A stretch of 54,618 nt of DNA from assembly GCA_024637275.1 (NCBI GenBank), contig JAGXFS010000068.1, positions 1 through 54,618 on the forward strand, in the 5' to 3' direction. Every line of letters starts with the position of its first letter. The stretch's first letter is position 1. Below the pieces are notes generated by a model. It saw nothing but the letters and a program-made list of their open reading frames with translations. It was not told where the DNA came from and did no database searches. Shown here piece by piece: positions 40,168-49,937 of the stretch. Position numbers and translations under genes: made by a program. Source of the DNA: Acidimicrobiia bacterium (GTDB lineage: Bacteria > Actinomycetota > Acidimicrobiia > Spongiisociales > JAENVV01).

Positions 40168-41387
40168 CCTATGACCTCCTGATTACACAAGCCACGGTGG
40201 CAACTATGCAGCCTGATGGACTCCCTTACGGGCTGATCCGGGATGCCTCGATTGGGATCACCGACGGACTGATTTCGTACGTTGGTCCGAACGACCCCGC
40301 ATTGTCCGCCGCAATCGAGCGAGACGTCGGTGGCAGGCTCGTTACTCCGGCCCTCATCGACTGCCACACGCATATTGTTTTTGGAGGAACACGCATAGGC
40401 GAATTCGAAGACCGGCTGGCTGGCAAATCGTATGCCGATTTGGCCGCTGAGGGTGGCGGAATCGTGTCTACTGTCGGGGCAACAAGGGCCGCGACCGACA
40501 TTGCCCTTTTCGATGGTGCCGCTGAACGTATGGGCTGGATGTTGCGTAGCGGTGTTGGGACTATCGAGATCAAATCGGGGTACGGGTTGAACCATCGCGA
40601 CGAGCTCCGCATACTTCGTACGGCACGACAACTCGGACATGTGGGACCCCAAAGGGTTGTTACGTCTTTGCTCGCCGCCCATGCCGTGCCGCCTGAGCAC
40701 CGTGACGACCCGGATCATTACGTCGCGGAGATATGCCAGGAACTGATTCCTCAAGTCGTCGAGGAAGGACTGGCAGACTCCGTCGACGCGTTTTGTGAGG
40801 GGATTGCCTTCTCAAACGCCCAGGTCCGCGAAGTGTTCACCGCCGCTCAAGAAGCCGGACTCCCTGTCCGCCTCCATGCCGACCAACTCACCGACGGTCA
40901 GGGAGCCGCTCTCGCAGCTGAATTCGGCGCCCTGTCCGCCGACCATCTGGAACATGCCAACGAGGAGGGGTTGCGGGCCATGGGTAGGGCTGGAACCATC
41001 GCGGTTCTCATCCCTGGCGCGTCCGTGTTCCTCGACGAAGCCAACCTTCCAAACATCCAAGCAATGCGGCGGTTTGGCGTACCCATGGCTGTGTCAACCG
41101 ACCTGAACCCGGGAACCTCTCCGTTGGCCTCGCTCCAAGCCGCCATGTGGCTGGCGACTGCGCGATTTCGGCTTACGCCCGAGGAATCCCTCGCCGGTAC
41201 CACCAGAAACGCCGCCGCGGCGCTCGGACTGGCGGACACCGGCACCATCCAGCCGGGTCTACGGGCAGACCTGGCGCTGTGGGCTACCACCGACCCGGCC
41301 GCTCTCGCGTACTGGCTAGGGGCGCCGCTCTGCGAAGCGGTCTGGATTGCAGGAGTGTCGGCATACGAGGCTGGTAACGATGATTAG
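40164..41387 (+). CDS. hutI: Imidazolonepropionase
   Basis: LIDCHTH, GGGIVSTV.ATR, EIKSGYGL, DAFCE.IAF, HADQL, SADHLE, TDLNPGTSP. ATGA overlap with hutF. Confidence 0.96.
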   Translation: MTYDLLITQATVATMQPDGLPYGLIRDASIGITDGLISYVGPNDPALSAAIERDVGGRLVTPALIDCHTHIVFGGTRIGEFEDRLAGKSYADLAAEGGGIVSTVGATRAATDIALFDGAAERMGWMLRSGVGTIEIKSGYGLNHRDELRILRTARQLGHVGPQRVVTSLLAAHAVPPEHRDDPDHYVAEICQELIPQVVEEGLADSVDAFCEGIAFSNAQVREVFTAAQEAGLPVRLHADQLTDGQGAALAAEFGALSADHLEHANEEGLRAMGRAGTIAVLIPGASVFLDEANLPNIQAMRRFGVPMAVSTDLNPGTSPLASLQAAMWLATARFRLTPEESLAGTTRNAAAALGLADTGTIQPGLRADLALWATTDPAALAYWLGAPLCEAVWIAGVSAYEAGNDD

Positions 41388-41964
41388 AACAATCCCGCAA
41401 ATCGGCGATCCGGTTCTCCGGGCCGCCAACCTGGAAGTTTCGGTAGAGGCGGTCAACAGCGCCGAGATTCAAACGCTGATCGATGACATGATCGAAACCA
41501 TGCGTCACGCCAACGGAGCAGGAATTGCCGCTAATCAGGTTGGCGTCAATTTGAGGGTTTGCATCATTGGCGTAGAAGCCAATGAGCGATACCCGTACAA
41601 ACCGGCGCTACCGCTCACCGTCCTCGTCAATCCGGTCGTTCATCAGATCGGCACCGAGACGTACTTGAACAACGAGGGCTGTTTGAGTGTCCCGATTCGT
41701 GGCGACCTGCTCCGCATGATGTCCATCAAGGTCCGCTCATGGGATCGCACCGGCCGACCATTCGAACAGATTTACCGGGGATTGAGCGCCGGTACCGTCC
41801 AGCACGAGGTCGATCACCTGGATGGCAAGCTCATTCTCGACAGGGTCACCGACCCGACCTCCTTTTCTACCTGGGAAAACTTCAGGGCACATGAATATGA
41901 CCGGTTCGTCGATCGAATTCAGCCGGTGATCGCTGCCACCGAGCCAAGAACGGAGCCAGCATGA
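41380..41964 (+). CDS. def: Peptide deformylase family protein embedded in the hut operon
   Basis: All three PDF motifs are present: GAGIAANQVG, EGCLS, QHEVDHLDG. It overlaps hutI by 8 bp and hutH by 4 bp. Confidence 0.93.
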   Translation: MIRTIPQIGDPVLRAANLEVSVEAVNSAEIQTLIDDMIETMRHANGAGIAANQVGVNLRVCIIGVEANERYPYKPALPLTVLVNPVVHQIGTETYLNNEGCLSVPIRGDLLRMMSIKVRSWDRTGRPFEQIYRGLSAGTVQHEVDHLDGKLILDRVTDPTSFSTWENFRAHEYDRFVDRIQPVIAATEPRTEPA

Positions 41965-43493
41965 GCGATGTCATCCTTGAAAGCGACAGCCTGACCCAGG
42001 CCGACGTCGTGCGCGTCGCCAGAGACGGTGCGACTGTATCGCTCGGAGACGATGGACGCCTCGCCATGGACGCCTCGGCCGCGGTCGTGGACGCCTACGC
42101 GGCCTCGGAAACACCTGTTTATGGTGTGTCCACCGGGTTTGGTGCGCTCGCCGCGACGTTTATACCGGCGACACGACGCGAAGAACTCCAACTGTCCTTG
42201 ATTCGCTCCCACGCCGCCGGCATGGGACCACGGGTGGAGGAAGAAGTCGTGCGAGCGATGATGCTCCTCAGGGCCCGGTCGCTAGCCATGGGCTACTCAG
42301 GAGCTCGCCCCGAGATCGTTGACGCATACCTGGGAATGCTCGATGCAGGCATCACTCCGGTGGTGCACGAATATGGTTCCCTCGGAGCCTCAGGAGACCT
42401 CGCGCCGCTCGCGCACATCGCATTAGCGTTGATCGGCGAGGGCACCGTAACCGTCTCAGGCACCGATAAACCGGCAGGCGATGCTCTGCGGGAGGCAAAC
42501 GTCGAGCCGGTGGTGCTACGAGCGAAGGAAGGCCTGGCGCTGATCAACGGCACTGACGGGATCCTCGGGATGTTGATCTTAGCGCTCCACGACCTCGAAG
42601 TGATTCTGGCTACCGCCGACGTCATCGCCGCTATGACTGTGGAGTCTCTTCTCGGCACTGATCAGGCATTTCGCGCCGAACTGGTCGCGCTCCGTCCTCA
42701 ACCCGGCCAGCAAGTCGCCGCTGCCAACATGACGCTCGTCCTCGCCGGATCCGAGATCGTCGGTTCGCACCGGCATGACGACGTTCGAGTCCAGGACGCG
42801 TATTCCTTGCGCTGCACCCCTCAAGTGCACGGCGCCGCTCGCGACACGTGGACCTACGTTTCCCAGATTGCCGAAAATGAGCTCCGGTCGGCGATCGACA
42901 ATCCCATGGTGTTGCCGGACGGTACGGTTGCGTCCTGCGGGAATTTCCATGGCGCTCCAGTCGCCCTTGGCTGCGACTTTTTGGCGATCGCCGTGGCAGA
43001 AGTCGGATCGATCGCCGAACGACGGCTCGATCGAATGCTTGACCCGGCCAGGTCACATGGGTTGCCTGCGTTTCTCACGGAAGACCCGGGGGTGTCCTCG
43101 GGATATATGATTGCTCACTACACCGCCGTGTCGATGGCCGCCGAGAATCGCCGCCTGGCCGCCCCGGCGAGCGTCGATTCGATGCCCACCTCTGCAATGC
43201 AGGAAGACCATGTTTCGATGGGGTGGGGGGCGGCGCGCAAGTTGAGGACGGTCGTGGACAACGTCGCACGGATTCTTGCCGTGGAATTACTTGCCGCTTG
43301 CCAGGCGTTGGAGTTACGTGACCCACTTACCCCGGGCCCGGTCACGACGGGGGTACTTGGTCTTGTCCGACAGCACATAGACCATCTCGGTTCGGACCGG
43401 ACTCTGGCGCCCGAACTCGAGGTGGCCACCAAGCTGGTTCGATCGGGCGCGATACGCGACGCGGCGCAGAACGTCGCAGGTCCCTTGAGCTGA
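41961..43493 (+). CDS. hutH: Histidine ammonia-lyase
   Basis: VYGVSTGFG, LIRSHAAG, GSLGASGDLAPL (MIO), KEGLALING, VQDAYSLRC.PQVHG, GNFHG, QEDHVSMG. Confidence 0.97.
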   Translation: MSDVILESDSLTQADVVRVARDGATVSLGDDGRLAMDASAAVVDAYAASETPVYGVSTGFGALAATFIPATRREELQLSLIRSHAAGMGPRVEEEVVRAMMLLRARSLAMGYSGARPEIVDAYLGMLDAGITPVVHEYGSLGASGDLAPLAHIALALIGEGTVTVSGTDKPAGDALREANVEPVVLRAKEGLALINGTDGILGMLILALHDLEVILATADVIAAMTVESLLGTDQAFRAELVALRPQPGQQVAAANMTLVLAGSEIVGSHRHDDVRVQDAYSLRCTPQVHGAARDTWTYVSQIAENELRSAIDNPMVLPDGTVASCGNFHGAPVALGCDFLAIAVAEVGSIAERRLDRMLDPARSHGLPAFLTEDPGVSSGYMIAHYTAVSMAAENRRLAAPASVDSMPTSAMQEDHVSMGWGAARKLRTVVDNVARILAVELLAACQALELRDPLTPGPVTTGVLGLVRQHIDHLGSDRTLAPELEVATKLVRSGAIRDAAQNVAGPLS

Positions 43494-43577
43494 TGCCAAT
43501 CTGCCACCTCCCGAGGCGACCCGAAATCGGGGCCGAGAACACCTGGTTGCTAGCGGGAATGGTTTAGCTTGACAGAT

Positions 43578-43985
43578 GTGACGAACGATCAGCGCTCCGG
43601 GTTCCGGTCATCAGTACTGCTCGGGCTCGTTCTCTTCCTGCTGCTGGGCGCCTGTGGCGAACAAACCAGACCGACCGTCGCGCAGTGGCAGCCCAAATGG
43701 CAAGCGGTGCGCGCCTCCGTCCCGGAACAACCTGCGGCCGGCGACCAACCCGAAGCTGCCATGTGCAACGAAACACTTGGCACCTTGCGAACCATGCGAC
43801 CTGATCTATCGCCGACCCCGGACCGGGCGATAGACGAAGCAGTACGGGAGTGGTTTCAGATTGCCGAAGACGCCTTCTTCGAGTGCCCGCCGAGAAGCGG
43901 ACCAATCGAGAGCTTCGCGGACGCGTATGCCGAACTCCTCCGATTGGAAGCAGAAATTGACCTGGTTCTGGAACTCGACAGCTGA
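43578..43985 (+). CDS. Hypothetical lipoprotein
   Basis: Hydrophobic stretch plus LLGAC lipobox; helical domain with two further Cys. Confidence 0.6.
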   Translation: MTNDQRSGFRSSVLLGLVLFLLLGACGEQTRPTVAQWQPKWQAVRASVPEQPAAGDQPEAAMCNETLGTLRTMRPDLSPTPDRAIDEAVREWFQIAEDAFFECPPRSGPIESFADAYAELLRLEAEIDLVLELDS

Positions 43986-44048
43986 TCGCGGTCGAGCTGA
44001 CGTTCGACTATCATTCTTCGGTTGTCCTGATGCCCGGAGGCACAAGAT

Positions 44049-45944
44049 TTGTCGAACCAGAATGGCCACCAACGCGCTAGCCGCCCGGCCCTCGCACTAG
44101 CCGCCCTCGGAGTGGTCTACGGCGATATCGGGACTAGCCCGCTCTACGCGTTTCGTGAGTCGCTGCGTGGCGGGGAGGGGATACCGGTCGTTGAGTCCAA
44201 CATCCTCGGCGTGCTTTCGCTGATGGTGTGGTCGCTCATCATCGTCGTCACCATCAAGTATCTGTTGGTGGTGCTGCGGGCTGACAACCATGGAGAGGGC
44301 GGAATCCTTGCCCTCACTGCGCTAATTCTTCCCCGCACGACGCGTACGACGCCGTATCGCCTGATCTTTGTGGTGATTGGCCTATTCGGGACGGCCTTGC
44401 TGTATGGCGATGGCATGATCACGCCTGCCATTTCGGTTCTTTCTGCAGTTGAGGGTGTCAGCCTCGCTGCCCCTGCCCTTTCCCAGTGGGTCATTCCGTT
44501 GGCAGTCGTCATTCTCGTCGCCTTGTTCTCGGTGCAGCGGTTCGGAACCGGCAGGGTGGGAGCGGTGTTCGGGCCTGCCATGGTCGTCTGGTTTGGTGTC
44601 CTCAGCGTCCTCGGCATCGGTTCCATAGCCAAGAATCCGGGAGTCTTTCGGGCGGTTTTGCCGACCTACGGCTTCCAATTCTTCTTGGAGAATGGTTTTC
44701 GCGGTTTCCTCGTGCTCGGGTCCGTTTTTCTGGTTGTTACCGGTGGCGAAGCCCTATACGCCGACCTCGGTCACTTCGGGCGCCGGCCGATTCAACTCGG
44801 ATGGTTTCTCGTCGTGTTCCCTTCGCTCATCCTCAACTACTTCGGGCAGGGCGCCTTGCTGCTGAGAACTCCTGAGGCGATAGAAAACCCCTTCTTTCTG
44901 CTCGCTCCCTCGTGGGCACAGTGGCCCATGACAGGATTAGCGACGGTCGCCTCGGTCATTGCCTCTCAAGCACTCATTTCGGGCGCCTTTTCGATTACCA
45001 CCCAGGCCATCAACCTCGACTATGCGCCCCGGTTCCGAGTCGTTCACACCTCGGTCACCGAGCGGGGCCAGGTGTACGTACCTCATATCAACTGGGTCCT
45101 GTCGATCGCCGCGGTCGGCTTGGTGATCGCGTTCGGTACCTCGTCTGCCCTCGCCGCGGCATACGGTGTCGCCGTCACGATGACCATGTTGATCACGACG
45201 ATCCTGTTCTTGGTGATGGCCCGGCTGCGCTGGCATTGGTCGTGGCCGAAAGCCCTGGCGGTCACGACTCCTTTCTTTGTCGTCGACTCGGCCTTCCTGG
45301 GAGCCAACCTCTTCAAGATCCCTCAGGGTGGGTGGTTTCCTCTCGTCATCGGCCTCGGCGTGTTCACGCTGATGGTGACTTGGCGAACGGGAAGGCTGGC
45401 AATGCGCGACGAGGCGCTCCCCCGACGACTCCCGCTCCACCGATACATCAAGTCATTAAAGGCCCACCCACCGGTCAGAGTGCCGGGTACGGCCGTGTAC
45501 TTGCACCGCCGCCCCGGGGTGGTGCCACCATCGCTGCTTGCGAATGTTCACACCTTCCGGGTGCTTCACGAGGAAATGGTGATCGTGAGCGTGGTGATCT
45601 CCGACGACGCGCACGTGCCGCGGGCACGGCGTGACAAGATCCGACATCGGGATCTAGGTTTCCACGAGGTCGAACTCCACTATGGATTTGCTGACCGCAT
45701 CGACGTGCCTGCCGACCTCCAGTCGATTGTGAACTCGCATTTGAGCTTCTCCCACAACCAAACGACCTACTTCCTTGGTCGGGAAACGTTCGAGCCTGGA
45801 CGGCGCCATTGGATTCTCGGCTTACGCGATCGATTCTTCATCGTATTGCACCGCAACGCCCGGGATCCTGCGGATGCCTTCCAGCTTCCAGCCGATCGGA
45901 CTCTCGGTGTCGAGACCCACCTGCGGTTTGCTGACGCACCGTAG
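44049..45944 (+). CDS. kup: KUP/HAK/KT potassium transporter
   Basis: GVVYGDIGTSPLY, DNHGEGG, GDGMITPAISVLSAVEG, GGEALYADLGHFG, AAAYGVAVT. Confidence 0.97.
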   Translation: MSNQNGHQRASRPALALAALGVVYGDIGTSPLYAFRESLRGGEGIPVVESNILGVLSLMVWSLIIVVTIKYLLVVLRADNHGEGGILALTALILPRTTRTTPYRLIFVVIGLFGTALLYGDGMITPAISVLSAVEGVSLAAPALSQWVIPLAVVILVALFSVQRFGTGRVGAVFGPAMVVWFGVLSVLGIGSIAKNPGVFRAVLPTYGFQFFLENGFRGFLVLGSVFLVVTGGEALYADLGHFGRRPIQLGWFLVVFPSLILNYFGQGALLLRTPEAIENPFFLLAPSWAQWPMTGLATVASVIASQALISGAFSITTQAINLDYAPRFRVVHTSVTERGQVYVPHINWVLSIAAVGLVIAFGTSSALAAAYGVAVTMTMLITTILFLVMARLRWHWSWPKALAVTTPFFVVDSAFLGANLFKIPQGGWFPLVIGLGVFTLMVTWRTGRLAMRDEALPRRLPLHRYIKSLKAHPPVRVPGTAVYLHRRPGVVPPSLLANVHTFRVLHEEMVIVSVVISDDAHVPRARRDKIRHRDLGFHEVELHYGFADRIDVPADLQSIVNSHLSFSHNQTTYFLGRETFEPGRRHWILGLRDRFFIVLHRNARDPADAFQLPADRTLGVETHLRFADAP

Positions 45945-46010
45945 CTGCCGCAGACTGGTTACTACCATGCCACCCGCTTCCATCTGTGACCGACCCGTTA
46001 GGTAAACCTG

Positions 46011-46856
46011 ATGCATCTTGTTTTGGCTGGCATCGGTGCAGTTGTCGTTGGAGCCGGCGACTTCTCCGGTGGCACAGCCGCGAGGCGAGATTTCCCCCAT
46101 CCAGTCGCTGCGCTCAGTTTTCTCGTGGGTGCGATCGGGCTCCTGGCATTGACGCCCATGTTCGGTGGTTCACCCGGAACGGCGGATATGACCTGGGGTG
46201 CGATTTCCGGGGTCGGGGGCATGATCGGGGTCTTTACCTTGTACCGGGGTTTCGCATCGGCGCCGATGGGTTTGGTTTCACCGATTGCCGCCCTTGTTGC
46301 CGTAATGGTGCCCGTCGTGGGAGGCTTGGTTCTTGGCGAGGACCTTGGAAGGTGGGGGGCGCTTGGATTGGCCGTCGGATTGTTCGCGGTGGTTCTGGTG
46401 TCGATCACGCCGGCGATTGGACTCAGCCGCCAAACCCGCCTCTCTGGAGTGGCCCACGGCCTAATCACCGGACTCGGCTTCGGTGTCCAGCTACTGGCGT
46501 TGGCGCTCGTCGGTGACGAAGCCGGGCTCCTGCCCGTCGTCGCCAGCCGCGCAGTTGCCTTCTTCCTGCTCGGAGGCTACCTCGTGTTCACCGGGCGGCG
46601 CCTCATCCCCAATCGGGCGGCACGTCCAATCACTGTCACTGCCGGCCTGTTGACCGCCCTCGGCAACCTCTTGTATTACCTGGCAGTTGGAGTCGGGCCG
46701 ATCGCCATCACGACCGCCGTGTATGCGCTGTTTCCGGTTTCTACTGTGGTTATGGCAAGGCTGGTGCACCATGAACGCCTCCCGGCGCGCCAACTCGTTG
46801 GGGTTGGCCTGGCGATCGCTGCGGCGGCAATCCTGGCGGGTGCCTCGGTCAGCTAG
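46011..46856 (+). CDS. DMT/EamA family transporter
   Basis: About 10 TM in two repeats; GAGDFSGG, GLVSPIAA, YALFPVSTV...HERL...QLVG. Confidence 0.85.
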   Translation: MHLVLAGIGAVVVGAGDFSGGTAARRDFPHPVAALSFLVGAIGLLALTPMFGGSPGTADMTWGAISGVGGMIGVFTLYRGFASAPMGLVSPIAALVAVMVPVVGGLVLGEDLGRWGALGLAVGLFAVVLVSITPAIGLSRQTRLSGVAHGLITGLGFGVQLLALALVGDEAGLLPVVASRAVAFFLLGGYLVFTGRRLIPNRAARPITVTAGLLTALGNLLYYLAVGVGPIAITTAVYALFPVSTVVMARLVHHERLPARQLVGVGLAIAAAAILAGASVS

Positions 46857-46880
46857 ATCCCGCGCTTGAGAGCTTGGAGT

Positions 46881-46932
46881 TTGTCCAGACAACGGATAGT
46901 ATTTGTCTTGACAAATTTCTGTGCTCTAACCT
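46881..46932 (+). promoter_or_regulatory. Tandem GntR-type palindromes and promoter upstream of a small ORF
   Basis: TTGTCCAGACAA (46881-46892), ATTTGTCTTGACAAAT (46901-46916) and TAACCT (-10-like) at 46927-46932. Confidence 0.55.
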
Positions 46933-46943
46933 TGGAGGCCGTT

Positions 46944-47093
46944 GTGGCCCGAATCTTCTCCGCCCGAACCTGGCTCGATCGTCGCTGGGATACCTGGCGT
47001 GACGCGGTCGAAGTCCGGTTCGCCAACGAATCGAGCCAGGGTTCGTGGGACCTCGTGTCGTCATCCACCGAAGCCCGCTACGCACACCGCTAG
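46944..47093 (+). CDS. Putative small protein (49 aa)
   Basis: GGAGG, then GTG, reading VARIFSARTWLDRRWDTWRDAVEVRFANESSQGSWDLVSSSTEARYAHR*. A promoter precedes it and a GACCGC-CCGA-GCGGTC hairpin follows. Confidence 0.4.
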   Translation: MARIFSARTWLDRRWDTWRDAVEVRFANESSQGSWDLVSSSTEARYAHR

Positions 47094-47126
47094 ACCGCCC
47101 GAGCGGTCGGTTTCGGCTGGCGTGTC

Positions 47127-48515
47127 CTAGTTCATTACCTCACTATCGATCGTCCGTCGGCGCGCCCGGCTCACTCCGTAGAGGAGTCCGCTCAACGCCA
47201 GGGGCATTCCTATTGCGAGGGGCAAGACTCCTCCAGGGTTGATCCGGAAGAACTGCTCAACGGTCAGATGGATCCCCTGGCTTGATACCGGTTGGGATGT
47301 CTCCCCTGCCGAAGCAGGTGACGCCAGGGCCACCATGTACACCAGGTAGTCGCCCTTGATAATGGCGTTGACTTCCCATTCGAGGACTGCCTGTCGGCTT
47401 GCGTCGACCTGTTCGATCGTTTGTGCCCGCAGCGGCGACCAATCCTCCGGATCGACCGGATCACCATCGCCGAGGTTCACGATGTTCATCGCGACGATCC
47501 ACGGACCAATCTCATCTTCCGGTACGGTAACCCGGGTCTGGAAGTTGATCGTGTCACCCGTCTTGACCTCTTGGGATGACAGGTCGACGTCGATAGTCAG
47601 CTGTCCAGTTGACTCTTGGAGAGCCTGGGACGGGGAGGCCGTTGCGAGTGCGATTGTGCACATCACCAACGCGAGCACTACCGCTCCCCTCCCGCGTGCG
47701 AACAAAGCGCCGATTCCTGGCGGGTCGAGTCGCAAGGCCCGGGGAGCGACCAGACCGAGGCCCAGAACCACGAGAACAAACATGATCATCGGCGATACCA
47801 GCCAGGAGACCAATTCGTCGAATGCCGCGTTGCTCACCAGAAGCTTGTCCAAGAACTGATTGACGGCATCCAGAGGATTGACCCTCCTGATGAGTTCGCC
47901 AACGACGCCTGCCTGGGCGCTCCCTGGTAGCTGGGTCGGGACAAAAAAGAGAATGTACACGAGCAGACTCGTCGAAAGCGACGCTTTGTTGGTTGCGCTC
48001 ATCACGCTCACGAGAACCCCGAACCCGGTAAACGCCGCCACGATGATCGTGCCGACGAACCCCGTCCACACGAACGCAGAAACGAATGTGGCACCATCCG
48101 GGGCGATGAGCAACAGGTAGCCCCCGGCCACGGCCATGGCGGCTGGCCACGGCGACAGAGCCGCCAGGTACTTCCCGATCACGACGTCGCGGCGGCGCAC
48201 CGGCGTGAGCAGCAGGCTCTCGATCGTGGTTCGCTCCCGTTCACCACTAATTGTGTCTGCGCCAAGTACGAGTCCGAAGAGGAGGCCCACCGCCAGCGTG
48301 GTTTTCACCATCAAGAAGAGCGCCTCAGCGGGTGGTGTGAGACTGAGTTCCTTGTTGGTTGCAAAAAGGAACGCCATCACGCCGAGCAAAAGGCTGAAGA
48401 GGATGAGGAAGATGATCGCTTTCCCACCAATCCACAAATCGCTGAGTTCGCTCCGAAGGACGATCCTCCACCCCGCTTTGGGTCGCCCTTCGCTCCGCTT
48501 GTGCTCGTTGGTCAC
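47127..48515 (-). CDS. ABC-2 type exporter permease fused to a C-terminal extracytoplasmic beta-rich domain and TM anchor
   Basis: GADTISGERERTTIESLLLTP...GKY permease motif and about 6 TM, then a signal-peptide-like helix, a domain with VDPEDWS, a TM and an RARRR tail. Confidence 0.8.
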   Translation of the reverse strand: MTNEHKRSEGRPKAGWRIVLRSELSDLWIGGKAIIFLILFSLLLGVMAFLFATNKELSLTPPAEALFLMVKTTLAVGLLFGLVLGADTISGERERTTIESLLLTPVRRRDVVIGKYLAALSPWPAAMAVAGGYLLLIAPDGATFVSAFVWTGFVGTIIVAAFTGFGVLVSVMSATNKASLSTSLLVYILFFVPTQLPGSAQAGVVGELIRRVNPLDAVNQFLDKLLVSNAAFDELVSWLVSPMIMFVLVVLGLGLVAPRALRLDPPGIGALFARGRGAVVLALVMCTIALATASPSQALQESTGQLTIDVDLSSQEVKTGDTINFQTRVTVPEDEIGPWIVAMNIVNLGDGDPVDPEDWSPLRAQTIEQVDASRQAVLEWEVNAIIKGDYLVYMVALASPASAGETSQPVSSQGIHLTVEQFFRINPGGVLPLAIGMPLALSGLLYGVSRARRRTIDSEVMN

Positions 48516-49474
48516 GAGGCGACTCCCTCGGTGAGGCTCAGGAACACTTCCTCAAGGCGGCTGGCTTCATTGGTGAAGGCAACGATATCTACTCCGGCCG
48601 CCAGCAGGGATCGCAAGAGTTCCCGACGTATCTCCAGTGTTTGGTCCGGATCTTCAGTTCCGAGCTCTACTTCGATTCGACCGTCTACCTGGGGATCCCT
48701 GGAGACCGTGAACCGTTCACTTTGCAGGACTCTCACGGCTTCGTCGACGTATGGTGGATCTACAACCACCGAGAATCTGACCGCGCCCTTACGGGCAGTC
48801 ACGTCTTCGACCCGACCGTCGGCCACTACCTGGCCTTCGTTCAGGATGATTACGTCGTCGCATACGCTCTCGACCTCGGCGAGTTGGTGACTGCAGAAGA
48901 CCACCCCGGCTCCTCGCTCCCTTGCGATGCGCTGGATGATCTGAACTAATTCCTGTTGACCCCGTGGGTCGAGACCCAGGGTCGGCTCGTCCAGGAAGAC
49001 CACTTGGGGGTCCCCGAGCAGGGTTCGGGCAATACCGAGCCGCTGACGCATGCCGCGACTGTACGAGCCGATCAGCGAGCTGTGGCGTCCTCCCAGTCCC
49101 ACTTCGGAGAGCAGACTGAGCGCTCGATCCCGACTCTCTGTGCGGGACCGCCCGTAGTGCTCGCCAAAGTACGTCAAGTATTCGAGGGCGGTGTTTCGTC
49201 CGGGAAAGCCGAGGCTTTCGGGAAGGACCCCGATGCGTTGACGGATGCCGTGGGGATCACTCGAATCGATGCCGGCCACTGAGAAACTACCGGTGGTTGG
49301 TTCGATGATGGTGGTCAGGATCCGGATTGCGGTCGTCTTGCCAGCCCCGTTCGGGCCTAGGAAACCCAGGATCCGGCCAGCTCCCAATGTGAAAGACAGG
49401 CCTCGGAGCGCCTGTCTTTGTCCATAGGTCATACCCAGTTGGGTGGCAGTCAGAACTTTTTCTCCGGCCTGCAT
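48512..49474 (-). CDS. ABC exporter ATP-binding protein
   Basis: GPNGAGKTT, YSRGMRQRLG, FLDEPTLGLDP, SHQL. Confidence 0.93.
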   Translation of the reverse strand: MQAGEKVLTATQLGMTYGQRQALRGLSFTLGAGRILGFLGPNGAGKTTAIRILTTIIEPTTGSFSVAGIDSSDPHGIRQRIGVLPESLGFPGRNTALEYLTYFGEHYGRSRTESRDRALSLLSEVGLGGRHSSLIGSYSRGMRQRLGIARTLLGDPQVVFLDEPTLGLDPRGQQELVQIIQRIARERGAGVVFCSHQLAEVESVCDDVIILNEGQVVADGRVEDVTARKGAVRFSVVVDPPYVDEAVRVLQSERFTVSRDPQVDGRIEVELGTEDPDQTLEIRRELLRSLLAAGVDIVAFTNEASRLEEVFLSLTEGVAS

Positions 49475-49554
49475 GGGATCCCCCTCGAACTCGTGAACGA
49501 GAAGCTAGCCAACCAGGCTGAACGCAACCTGACAGATTGCCTCTTTGTTGGCGC

Positions 49555-49786
49555 CTATGCCGGTTGTGCGGTGAGTCTGGGTCGGGCGATGGCGAAGAAG
49601 AGTACGGAGCCGATGAAGGGAAAAAAGAGAACGACCGCAACCCCACACGAGCTGAACCATTCCTGACGCATCCCAAGCAGCGTTGTCGGTTCGGAGGATT
49701 TCCACAAGCGCCAAAACCATGAACGCCAACCCGGCAATAGCAAACACTCCGATTAGGGAAGCAAACAAACTCAATGCCACTCTCAC
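49555..49786 (-). pseudogene. Small PLDc_N/DUF2516-like membrane protein with a frameshift in a G4 run (49641-49644)
   Basis: Removing one G joins ...ALVEILRTDNAAWDASGMVQLVW to VAVVLFFPFIGSVLFFAIARPRL. Confidence 0.65.
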
Positions 49787-49937
49787 TCCTGAGATCGTTG
49801 GGGCACCAAGGCATCGGTACCCCGTTCCAAGTGCTACACATCAGACGCAGGAGATGCCCGAAAGGCTCTAAGAAATTCCGAACTATTGTTCGGTTTTTCG
49901 ACCACCCGAATGGCACCCGGGTACACACCGTTCCGGG

